A program made the translations under genes and the position numbers. The notes below the pieces were generated by a model. The model did not search any database, was not told the origin of the DNA, and worked only from the letters and a program-made list of their open reading frames with translations. Source: a virus (Duplodnaviria > Caudoviricetes). From it: 55,863 nt of DNA. This document shows positions 8,945 through 17,162 of the stretch, piece by piece (the first letter of the stretch is position 1; the number at the start of each line of letters is the position of its first letter). The stretch covers positions 1 through 55,863 of the IMG/VR virus record IMGVR_UViG_3300017971_000058. One strand, 5' to 3'.

Positions 8945-11232
8945 GCTTCGGGTCTCCAGACTTGAAGTTCCTTGGTTTCGGGATCTCTCACCGGCTCGGC
9001 CGCCTTCGACCACACGGCCGTGAGCAGCGCTTCGTCGGTGCGCATCTTGATCGAGGTGAGCACCATCTCCGCGCCCTCGCGCATGAGCCTGGCGACCTCC
9101 TCACACTGGGCGGCCCAGAGGGCCGGGTCCTTGGTCGTCTCGCCGATGAGTTGATCGTGGACGAAGGCGATCGGTCGGCATCCGTAGAGGACGCTCCCCT
9201 GCGTCGGGTCGTAGCACGCGCGGCTCACGAGGATGGCGCCCATCATCGCAGCCTCGGCGCCGGGCGACTGCATGCAGCAGCCGTTCGCTGCGGCACAGAA
9301 CGAGGCGCCCCGGCGGATGGTGCCCATCGGCGTGGTGTAGGTGTACGCGCTGCCGTCGCCCGAGCCGTTGTACTGGTCGGTCTGTCCGTTGATCCAGTCG
9401 AAGAACAGCGGCATCTCCGGGTAGGTCGCGCGCCAGAACTCGCGGAACATCGTGGCCTGCTCCTCGGTGAGGATCACGCCGTACGTCTTGCGCGCGAACT
9501 CCACCAGCGTGGCCGGGCCGAGCCCGCCGGGGAAGCCGAGCCCCACCGGCTTGGCGAACGTGCGGAAGTGCTTGAAGAAGGCGCGCACGTCCTCGTCGTC
9601 GTGGGTCTTGAGCAGCTTGAACGCCTCGTACGCGGCCATCGGATCGCCGAGCAGCCCCTCCTCCCGGATGGCGCTCTGGAAGTCGCCGAGCAGCGGGTGC
9701 GCGTCGGTCGGAGAGCCGAGCGCGAGTTGCGTGCCCAGGTAGCCGTGCAGGTCCACCCCGGCGTTGTACAGCTCGCGGTGGACCGACTCGCCGAACAGTT
9801 CGTAGGTGGTGTGGCCTGTGCAGGCCAGTTCCAGGCCGGAGTAGTCCACGTCGAAGAACACCGTGCCGGGGCGCGGCCGGAAGCAGCGCCGCGGATCGAG
9901 CCCTTGGATGAGGTTCGGGATCTGCTGGATGTTCACCGACGGGTAGTTGCGCTCCGTCTTGGAGTCCTTCACCTTGCCGCCATCGAACGAGCTCGTGCGC
10001 GTCGTCTCCTTGAAGGCGTCGTAGCTGGGGAACACTACCGGGCCGCTGCGCAGCACGGGGATCATCTGGTTCTTGATCTTCCCGAGCGCCATGCGGTCGT
10101 GGTACTGCTTCATGACCGGGCACTTCGTCGCGAGGTATTCCTGCACCTCGGCGTCGCACTGGATCTGAGGCTCCCGAGACTCGCCTCCCTCGGTCATCGG
10201 CGGGATCTCGCCGAGCTGCTTGTAGAGCGCCGCAAGGTGGGCCTGGAGCTTGGCCTGGTTCATCGACCCGACCTTGCCCTTGGCCTTCTTCATCTTGACG
10301 CCCTGCTCGACGAGCCACTCCCCGACCTCGGTCCAGTCGTCGCTCTCCGCGTCGAACTCCAGGTAGAAGTCCTCGCCGAACTCCTTGCGGATCAGGTCGA
10401 GTGCGCGGTCCAAGTCCTTGGCGAACGGCGGGCCGAAACGGCCCTCGCCGCGAAGGATGCCGCTGGACTCGAGGAGATCCTTGGTCACGTCCATGACCTC
10501 TTCGACCTTGGCGGCCATCTCCTCCGTGGCCTCCGGATCCACGGCCATGCCCCACGCGCTCATCATGTAGAGCACGAAGTCCTTGACGATCTGGAACTCC
10601 TCGGTCTCCGTGGAGGCGAAGGAGAACTGCTCCTTGCGCTCCTCCTGCGCGTAGAAGATCCGGCAAGTGTGCTCGCCGTCGCTCACGGCGTAGCGCATGG
10701 CCTCGTCCGGGTACTCGCTCGCGCGCCACCCGTCGAGCGTGCCGTAGTTCGCGCGCCACGACTCCTCCTCGTTGCCCTTGTCCTCGGACAGGTCGAGCCC
10801 CAGGTACTGAGCGGCGAGCGCCTCCATGCTGTAGGAGATGCGCTTGCTAGAGCCGTCCGGCAGCTCCAGGTTGTCAAGCCGCCCGGTGGTCGAGAGGTTC
10901 AGCAGCTTCTCCCGCCACATCGTGTCGGTGGCGAGCCCAGCGATCAGCTTGGCGTAGACGAGCGGGATGAGGCGCGGGAACGTGCGGCAGATGACGGCGT
11001 AGTCGAACCCGCCCCGCTGCGTGACGATCGTCATTTCGTCATCCCTGAGCATTTCCTCGATGGCGTCCTCGAGCCCGTCGTCTGGGTGATTGCCGAGGAC
11101 CAGCGTGCGCATCCCATCGGGGTGGTTATCGTCCCGGTGAGTGAAGATGCCGCACACCATCTCGGGGGCGATGTTGCCTGCGGCGATGCGATGAGTCTCG
11201 GAGTCGAAGAAGACGTAGAGCTGCTGTGTCAT
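8941..11232 (-). CDS. polA: DNA polymerase family A with 3'-5' exonuclease domain
   Basis: Exo I FDSET, motif A DVDYSGLE, motif B RTFAKPVGLGFPGG, motif C FVHDQ. Confidence 0.92.
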   Translation of the reverse strand: MTQQLYVFFDSETHRIAAGNIAPEMVCGIFTHRDDNHPDGMRTLVLGNHPDDGLEDAIEEMLRDDEMTIVTQRGGFDYAVICRTFPRLIPLVYAKLIAGLATDTMWREKLLNLSTTGRLDNLELPDGSSKRISYSMEALAAQYLGLDLSEDKGNEEESWRANYGTLDGWRASEYPDEAMRYAVSDGEHTCRIFYAQEERKEQFSFASTETEEFQIVKDFVLYMMSAWGMAVDPEATEEMAAKVEEVMDVTKDLLESSGILRGEGRFGPPFAKDLDRALDLIRKEFGEDFYLEFDAESDDWTEVGEWLVEQGVKMKKAKGKVGSMNQAKLQAHLAALYKQLGEIPPMTEGGESREPQIQCDAEVQEYLATKCPVMKQYHDRMALGKIKNQMIPVLRSGPVVFPSYDAFKETTRTSSFDGGKVKDSKTERNYPSVNIQQIPNLIQGLDPRRCFRPRPGTVFFDVDYSGLELACTGHTTYELFGESVHRELYNAGVDLHGYLGTQLALGSPTDAHPLLGDFQSAIREEGLLGDPMAAYEAFKLLKTHDDEDVRAFFKHFRTFAKPVGLGFPGGLGPATLVEFARKTYGVILTEEQATMFREFWRATYPEMPLFFDWINGQTDQYNGSGDGSAYTYTTPMGTIRRGASFCAAANGCCMQSPGAEAAMMGAILVSRACYDPTQGSVLYGCRPIAFVHDQLIGETTKDPALWAAQCEEVARLMREGAEMVLTSIKMRTDEALLTAVWSKAAEPVRDPETKELQVWRPEA

Positions 11233-11456
11233 GAGGTTGTCTCTTTGAACTTCAATGTAAGCTGACCAGTCTTGTCGTCTCGTATCATAGTGCCGACACC
11301 ACGTACGGTGCGAAGTTTAGACGCTGGAATGCCAAACTCCGGTTGCAAACTTTCGATGTAAGTACAGATGGCAGACTCTTCTGTATCGCCACTACACAAG
11401 GTCACGAATTCATCGCCATCATAGAAAGCGTAGCAGATGCTCTTAGACAAAATCAC
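11229..11456 (-). CDS. Hypothetical protein, AT-rich codon usage
   Basis: 75-aa ORF overlapping both neighbours by 4 nt. Confidence 0.6.
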   Translation of the reverse strand: MILSKSICYAFYDGDEFVTLCSGDTEESAICTYIESLQPEFGIPASKLRTVRGVGTMIRDDKTGQLTLKFKETTS

Positions 11457-11668
11457 GGCTCGCTCCTGTCCATGTGCTGCATGAAGTCCACGAAGGCGCG
11501 ATAGGCGTTGAGCGCCAGCTTGGTCGTGACGAGGCCGGAGCGCCGGGCCGTGAGGAGCCTTTGGCGACCTGCTGCCGTGCAGACTATCTCGATCTGAGAT
11601 CGCAGCGGTGTAAAGCCGAGCACTCTCTGGCAGAACTTGACGAACTCGTCGGCGTTGAACTCGCTCAT
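11453..11668 (-). CDS. Hypothetical protein resembling a terminase N-terminus
   Basis: FVKFCQRVLGFTPLRSQ...RRSGLVT; GC3-biased codons. Confidence 0.6.
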   Translation of the reverse strand: MSEFNADEFVKFCQRVLGFTPLRSQIEIVCTAAGRQRLLTARRSGLVTTKLALNAYRAFVDFMQHMDRSEP

Positions 11669-11669
11669 G

Positions 11670-11960
11670 ATTGAAGAGGGTGGGCAGTTGTTAGCCGCAT
11701 GCCCAGGCGGTCAGTTGTTACGCGATGCAGGGCACCACCTCGTCGAAGACGGGGCAGTAGTCCGGCACGAGCGTTTCCGTGTTGGCATTTTGCAGCACGG
11801 CCTTCACTCGGCACAACAACTACGCTCGGTTGGGAAAGGTGGCAGCGGGTGAGGTTCTCGAACCTTGCTCTCCCTGCCGAGGGTATCGTCCTCGGACTTC
11901 TAGGGCGCCCACCGGCCGGGCCAAACACTGTACCCGCTCCATCGCACCCCGCTGCCACGG
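11670..11960. ncRNA. Putative structured RNA element (tRNA-like domain plus second hairpin domain)
   Basis: Perfect 11-bp inverted repeat 11839-11849/11948-11958 enclosing three hairpins; second stem CGAGCGT/ACGCTCG at 11768-11828. Confidence 0.35.
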
Positions 11961-11963
11961 CGA

Positions 11964-12497
11964 TCACTCGCCCTCGTCTCCGTCCAGGCCGTTCGGGAAG
12001 AAGCGCTCGACGCCCTCCTCACCGATGGCTTCGAGGATCTCGTCGTCGTCGAGGGACGGCTGCCACGAGTACACGGTGTACTTGATCGGGTTTCCGTCGT
12101 CGTCCTTGCTCGACTTGCTGGCCTGGAGGCGCCCGGTCACGACGGTGACGAGACCGTCGAGCGGCCCGCCGTCCTCCAGCACGGCCTCGGCCTCTTCCTC
12201 ACCCACCTCGTCGTCGGCCACGTCGAGCACGCCAGCGATGAAGCCCTTGATGTTCTGGAGGAACACCTTGGGGTACTGGCCCTTCTTGAAGAAGACGTGG
12301 ACGGTCTCGCCCACCTTGTGCGGATCCTCCCCGCCGTCTTCGACGGCCAGGATGGTCAGCGTGTTCTTCCACATCAGGCCCTTCTGCTCGGCCTCGAAGG
12401 AGTCGCAGGAGTCGATGCGCGCCACGTAGCGGCCCGCGCGCAGCGGGTTGGAGTTGAAGCCTCTCTTGGCGTCCTTGAGTCCTTTGAATGCACCCAT
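11964..12497 (-). CDS. Putative single-stranded DNA-binding protein
   Basis: Beta-rich with GRYVARI and an acidic C-terminus. Sits between helicase and PolA with its own promoter. Confidence 0.55.
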   Translation of the reverse strand: MGAFKGLKDAKRGFNSNPLRAGRYVARIDSCDSFEAEQKGLMWKNTLTILAVEDGGEDPHKVGETVHVFFKKGQYPKVFLQNIKGFIAGVLDVADDEVGEEEAEAVLEDGGPLDGLVTVVTGRLQASKSSKDDDGNPIKYTVYSWQPSLDDDEILEAIGEEGVERFFPNGLDGDEGE

Positions 12498-12556
12498 GAG
12501 TCTGGTTCTAGTTCAGGTCTTAGTGTGTCGCGCGGATCACTGTGATCCGACGCCGC

Positions 12557-12585
12557 ATCTTACTCTCTCCATCGGGAGAAGGCAA
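12557..12585 (-). promoter_or_regulatory. Sigma-70-type promoter
   Basis: TTGCCT-N17-TAAGAT. Confidence 0.55.
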
Positions 12586-12599
12586 GGTGTTTCTGGGGT

Positions 12600-14714
12600 T
12601 TATTTCTTCCATTCCTTCCCGTATCCTCCGAACTTCTCCTCAAGCCGCTTGCGGGCCTCGCGGTCGAGCTGGGCCATGTCGGTAAAGCCGCGCTCGCGCA
12701 GGAAGTCCTCCGGGAAGCGCCGGGGCAGCGGGTTGTAGCTGGCGTAGATGGCCTTCTGCCTGCTGCCTGTTGTCTGGTGGATGTAGAGCGCGTCGATCAG
12801 GCACGCCCACAGGTTCTGGTGATCGAACTCCGTCGTGTGACAGGTGACGGGGTGTAACTCGTCGGCCATCTGCCCGTTGCGGTGCGTGCGGCCGAGTACC
12901 TGCTCCAGCGTGTCGGCCTGCCGCGGGAACTGGAGGAAGAACTGGTGCTCGAAGTGCTGGAGGTTCTTGCCCGTGCCGTGCCCGCCCATGCTGGCGACCA
13001 CGATCTTGTCGGCGTTCGCCGGATCGAGGATGAGAGCGTTCGACCCCTTGCGCGACGACTCGCTCGGGCAGAACACCACAGGCAAGCCAGCGGCCCGCAG
13101 GGCCTCGTGCATCCATTCTCCCACGTCCTTGTGGTGGAACCAGATCAGTCCACCCTTCTTCCCCTTGGTGCTCTTGAGCAGTCGCTGCGCCCACACGAGC
13201 GCGTGCTGGATCTTGTAGTCACAGATGCGCATGGGCTCGGAGATGCGCTCTGGCATCCCCTCGAACTCCATGTCCTTCATCGTGCGCCACAGGTCGTACA
13301 GCGCCCCGCCGACGTTAGCCTTCCCGTGCTGCGCCATGTTGCTCGTGACGAGCATCGGCGTGTCCAGGCCCGGGCGCCCGCGGTATTCGATCCACTGGCG
13401 CAGGGCGCGTGCGAACTCCTGACGCGCCTCGTGGTGCTCCTTTGCCAGCTCCAGGTATAGCTCGGCCTCTTCCTCGCTCAGGCCCTTGCGCGTCAACTCC
13501 TCGACCGTCGGCCAGCGCAGCTTGTAGTAGAACCCTGCGGTCAGCTCGTTCAGGTAGCGCCACTTGTGGAACCCGTGCTCGATCTCGTCGCCGGACGGGG
13601 TGAGCCACAAGTCCTCGACCTGATCCATCAGCTCCTTGAGCTTCGGCCAGTCGGGATGGTCCTTGAACTTCGGCACGGACGAGTTGCAGATGTTCAGCGA
13701 CACGCCTATCTCGGCGTCGCCGGTCGCCACGACACCGGGCGTGGTGGTGAGCCGCAGCTTGTACGCCTTGCGGAAGCCTGGCACCCCGTTCGGGATCTCC
13801 TCGTCCGGGAAGTGCTCGCGCGCCCAGGCCACCAACGGGGAGAGCGGCCCGGTCTTGCCCGCGCTGCCGGAGCGGCTCCCGTACTCGCTACCCGGCTTCT
13901 CCGGGTCGAGCACGTAGCTCCAGTTGGTCGCCAGCGCCTCGCTCATCGGCAGCGGGCACAGGTCGCGCAGGCCAGCGGAGATGAGGTGGTGGTAGTCGTT
14001 GATCGACTTGCTCGTGATCGTCCCGGACAGCGAGACGAGCGCAGGCTGGTGCGCCGCCATGTACCGGCGCAGGCGCCGGGTGCGCGCCGCCGTCATGTTC
14101 TTGACGTTGTGCGCCTCGTCGAGGATCAGCAGGTCCGGGCGGATGCCGTCGATCGCTGGCTTGTTCGGTGGCGGGTTCTCGTGGTCGCCGCCCAGCAGCG
14201 CTTCGGAGTCTGTCGTGGACAGGAGCGAGAACGGTAGGATGTAGCATCCGCTCTTCCCCGATGCCGCGAGCCGACGACGGTCGTTCAGGCTCCGGCCTCC
14301 GAGGAGGTGAAAGGGGACCGACAGGCCCACACGTTTGCGGGCCCACTGGATGTCGGTCAGGGTGAGCTGCTCGTAGACCTGCGACGGCACGAACAGGATG
14401 GAGCGCCGGGACTCGCCCCGGAGGTAGGCGCGGTTCGCGATCATCAGCGTGATGAGGGTCTTGCCCCAGCCGACGCCGATCGGGAAGAAGCCGCCACCAT
14501 ACAGGTCGTACGCGAGCACCGCGCCGACCTGGCAGGCGAACAGGCGGAAGCCTTCCTCGAAGTAGCGGCCCTGGACTTCATCGGAGCAGAACGCTTCGAT
14601 GGTAGGGCCGTCTACTTCGAGCACCACAGGCAGCGAGACGATGCGCTCGATCTCCAAGGAGTCCGCGGTGTCGCGACCTCGCTTGCCTTTGGTGTTGCGG
14701 AAGGCGTCGGACAT
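12600..14714 (-). CDS. Superfamily 2 (SNF2-like) helicase
   Basis: GWGKT, ILDEAH, LSGT, GTGKNLQ and QVLGRTHRNGQ motifs. Start ATG 14714. Confidence 0.9.
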   Translation of the reverse strand: MSDAFRNTKGKRGRDTADSLEIERIVSLPVVLEVDGPTIEAFCSDEVQGRYFEEGFRLFACQVGAVLAYDLYGGGFFPIGVGWGKTLITLMIANRAYLRGESRRSILFVPSQVYEQLTLTDIQWARKRVGLSVPFHLLGGRSLNDRRRLAASGKSGCYILPFSLLSTTDSEALLGGDHENPPPNKPAIDGIRPDLLILDEAHNVKNMTAARTRRLRRYMAAHQPALVSLSGTITSKSINDYHHLISAGLRDLCPLPMSEALATNWSYVLDPEKPGSEYGSRSGSAGKTGPLSPLVAWAREHFPDEEIPNGVPGFRKAYKLRLTTTPGVVATGDAEIGVSLNICNSSVPKFKDHPDWPKLKELMDQVEDLWLTPSGDEIEHGFHKWRYLNELTAGFYYKLRWPTVEELTRKGLSEEEAELYLELAKEHHEARQEFARALRQWIEYRGRPGLDTPMLVTSNMAQHGKANVGGALYDLWRTMKDMEFEGMPERISEPMRICDYKIQHALVWAQRLLKSTKGKKGGLIWFHHKDVGEWMHEALRAAGLPVVFCPSESSRKGSNALILDPANADKIVVASMGGHGTGKNLQHFEHQFFLQFPRQADTLEQVLGRTHRNGQMADELHPVTCHTTEFDHQNLWACLIDALYIHQTTGSRQKAIYASYNPLPRRFPEDFLRERGFTDMAQLDREARKRLEEKFGGYGKEWKK

Positions 14715-14887
14715 CAGGTGCTTTCCTTGGCCTTGTCTGCTTCGGCAGCGAAGAAGTCCCGGAGCTGTCCGGCTACTCGCACTCGCCACGATGGTGTCAA
14801 GCAGTCCACCACGAAGCTCCAGGTCTTCTTCACAGCGTCCCCGGCCAACCAGGGCTTCTCCTGGAGCCTTTCGAGGGGGCTCTCCAC
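14714..14887 (-). CDS. Hypothetical protein (57 aa), not in ORF track
   Basis: GTG start, MESPLERLQEKPWLAGDAVKKTWSF..., TGATG coupling into the helicase. Confidence 0.55.
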   Translation of the reverse strand: MESPLERLQEKPWLAGDAVKKTWSFVVDCLTPSWRVRVAGQLRDFFAAEADKAKEST

Positions 14888-16899
14888 TAGACCATCCTCG
14901 TGATGACCGCTTCGATCCCCTCGTTGAGACCCATCAGCGCCATGATGAGCGCACTGGCATCGTCGTGGGGGCTGAGGTTCATCGGGTGGATCAGGATGTG
15001 CTTGGCGAGCGAGCTCGCGATGTAGTCGGCCTTCTGGGCCAGCCGCTCCCGGCGCTTGAACGAGTCGAGCGCCCAGTACGACTCAGCGCCCATGTCCTCG
15101 GCCAACTCTGCCCCGAAGCGCGCGAGGGCCTCGGCCGAGGTGATGACCGTGCGCCCGCCGGGAGCGCCCTGGAGGTAGTCGCAGCCCACCAGGATCGTGA
15201 GGCCCACGGTGGGGCGCCCAGCCTTCCCCTTGGCGCGCTTCGTGCTCTTGGCGGCCTCCGGCGCCTCGGCGGCCGGGGTCTCGGCAGCGGGCTCCTCAGC
15301 GGCTTGGGCGGCCTCCTCTTCGGCGGCCTTCTTGGCGGCAGCAGCAGCCTTCTTGGCCTCGGCCTTCTCCTTGCGCTTCCGGGCGGCCTCGGCCTTCTTC
15401 TTGGCGGCAGCGGCCTTCTTGGCCTCCTGCGGGTCCTCCTCCGGCTCCTCCGGGGCTTCCGGCTCGGCCGGGGCTTCCGCCTCCTCGGCGGCCTGCGGCT
15501 CCTCAGCGGGCTCCTGGGGTGCCTCAGCGGCCTCCGTCTCGTCCCACTCCAGCGGGTATCCCGCGGCCTCGAGTTCCTCGACGCACTCCTGCCGGGCCAC
15601 GGCCAGGCCGGTGTTCTCGTCGGTGATCTCCAGGACGTACGCCATCGAGGTCGGGCGCCCGCCACGCTTGGCGGTGTTGTCGCAGATCGGGCACGCCTTG
15701 TGCTTGCTCGTGAGGCCCCTGCCCTTGCACGCCTTGCACTCCGGGTTGGCCCACGGGGCGCCGCCGGTCACGGTGGCTACGGGTTCGGGCGCCGCGCCGT
15801 TGATGGCGGGAGCTTCGGCCTCGGCCTCGACGGCCGCCTTGGCCTCCTTGGACCCGGCCGCTTCCTTGCGGGCGGCGCGAGCCGCCTTCTGCTTCTTGGC
15901 TCTGTCGAAGATGGTCACGTTGGACTCCTTGGTTCTTGTTCGCCTCTTGGGCTTTGCCAGAGGCAGGTTCAATCGTGCGGCCGGGCTTCCGGCCTTGAGG
16001 CGTTCGAGCCTCGCTCGGTAGGCGTCGGGCGTCTCGGCCCGACCACAGATGTCCGAGAAGGGGCACGGCTTACCATACCACCGCGCGCACTTCCCGGTGT
16101 CCTTCGGGCCGGGCACGTCGGCCCAGTCCTTGATCTTGCGCGTGCGCTGCATGCGCGTGGCCACGTCGCGCAGGTAGTCGCCGTGCTCGACGATCTCCTC
16201 AGCGGTGATGGTGGCCTTGGTTCTCATGACTGCCTTGTCGGGGAACTTCGGGAACTGGTTGTGCTGCACATCCACATCACCAGCCCATTCGTCCAGCTCC
16301 GACACGGCCCAGGAATAGGTCTTGAGCTGTTGGACCCCGCCCAGGTAGTTCGGGCTGTTCTCGTCCTCGCGCTTGAGGAAACGCACCGAGCTTTTGCCGT
16401 AGGTCTTGTGGTCCTCGATCAGTGGCAGCGGTCGTACGCCATCCTGCGGCCGGTACACGTCGATGTAGCCGATGAGCTGCACGCCGTCGATCACCGGGAG
16501 CAGGATCTTGCGCTCGACCTGGGCGCCTTCGCTGCGCTCCAGGATACCCTCTTCGATCGCCTCGGCCACGAGGCGTTGGATGAGACGCGCCTCCGGCCTG
16601 GTGACGGTCGCTTCGCTGCCGTCCCGCTCCGTGGCGGTCTCCCACCCCGGCGGGTACAGGTTCACCGGAAGCCCCGCCTGCTGCCCTTTGAGCGGGCCTT
16701 CGCTCAACACAGCACCTGGAGGGCCAGGCACTCGCCCGTTGTCGGTCGCTGATAGGTAGCGCTCGCAGACAGCGTGCAGTACCGTGCCGAAGGTGAAGTG
16801 CGACGCAGGCGGCTCCTCCAGCTTGAGGACCCGCATGAACCACCAGAAGCGGTTGCAGTCCTCGAAGGTGTCGATCTGCGATGCGGAGATGTAGTTCAT
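14887..16899 (-). CDS. PD-(D/E)XK (RecB/Cas4-like) nuclease with Zn-finger and Ala/Glu/Lys-rich linker
   Basis: ISASQIDTFEDC, FGTVLH, GYID...IEDHKT and C-terminal Cys cluster. Confidence 0.85.
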   Translation of the reverse strand: MNYISASQIDTFEDCNRFWWFMRVLKLEEPPASHFTFGTVLHAVCERYLSATDNGRVPGPPGAVLSEGPLKGQQAGLPVNLYPPGWETATERDGSEATVTRPEARLIQRLVAEAIEEGILERSEGAQVERKILLPVIDGVQLIGYIDVYRPQDGVRPLPLIEDHKTYGKSSVRFLKREDENSPNYLGGVQQLKTYSWAVSELDEWAGDVDVQHNQFPKFPDKAVMRTKATITAEEIVEHGDYLRDVATRMQRTRKIKDWADVPGPKDTGKCARWYGKPCPFSDICGRAETPDAYRARLERLKAGSPAARLNLPLAKPKRRTRTKESNVTIFDRAKKQKAARAARKEAAGSKEAKAAVEAEAEAPAINGAAPEPVATVTGGAPWANPECKACKGRGLTSKHKACPICDNTAKRGGRPTSMAYVLEITDENTGLAVARQECVEELEAAGYPLEWDETEAAEAPQEPAEEPQAAEEAEAPAEPEAPEEPEEDPQEAKKAAAAKKKAEAARKRKEKAEAKKAAAAAKKAAEEEAAQAAEEPAAETPAAEAPEAAKSTKRAKGKAGRPTVGLTILVGCDYLQGAPGGRTVITSAEALARFGAELAEDMGAESYWALDSFKRRERLAQKADYIASSLAKHILIHPMNLSPHDDASALIMALMGLNEGIEAVITRMV

Positions 16900-17162
16900 C
16901 TGGCCTTGAAGAAGGGGGCGCGAACGAACCTAGCCAACGCGCGGACCCACGGCCGCACGCGGTACGGCGACATCGGCTTGTGATACCACACCCGCCAGAG
17001 CGCAGCACGCAGCGCGTTGGCGTGCTGACCTGCCACCTTCATGAGCATCTGCTCCATCCGACGCCACTCGCGGTTCTCTTCCGCCAGTTCCGCCAGCCTG
17101 CGCCGGATGGCTTGACGAGGCTCCTCCCCGTCGAGTTGTATTTTCGGTTCTTCGTGCTTCAT
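16896..17162 (-). CDS. Hypothetical protein
   Basis: MKHEEPKIQ...; ATGA overlaps on both sides. Confidence 0.6.
   Translation of the reverse strand: MKHEEPKIQLDGEEPRQAIRRRLAELAEENREWRRMEQMLMKVAGQHANALRAALWRVWYHKPMSPYRVRPWVRALARFVRAPFFKAR

Noticed and set aside
11839-11940. Functional amber-suppressor tRNA or canonical tmRNA
   Set aside because: No U8 or U33, no proper D-arm, imperfect T-stem and no G3:U70 pair. TAG serves as a normal stop in many genes. Kept only as a tRNA-like element.
14887-16899. Cas4 as part of a CRISPR system
   Set aside because: It is a stand-alone PD-(D/E)XK nuclease in the replication module, which is common in phages.
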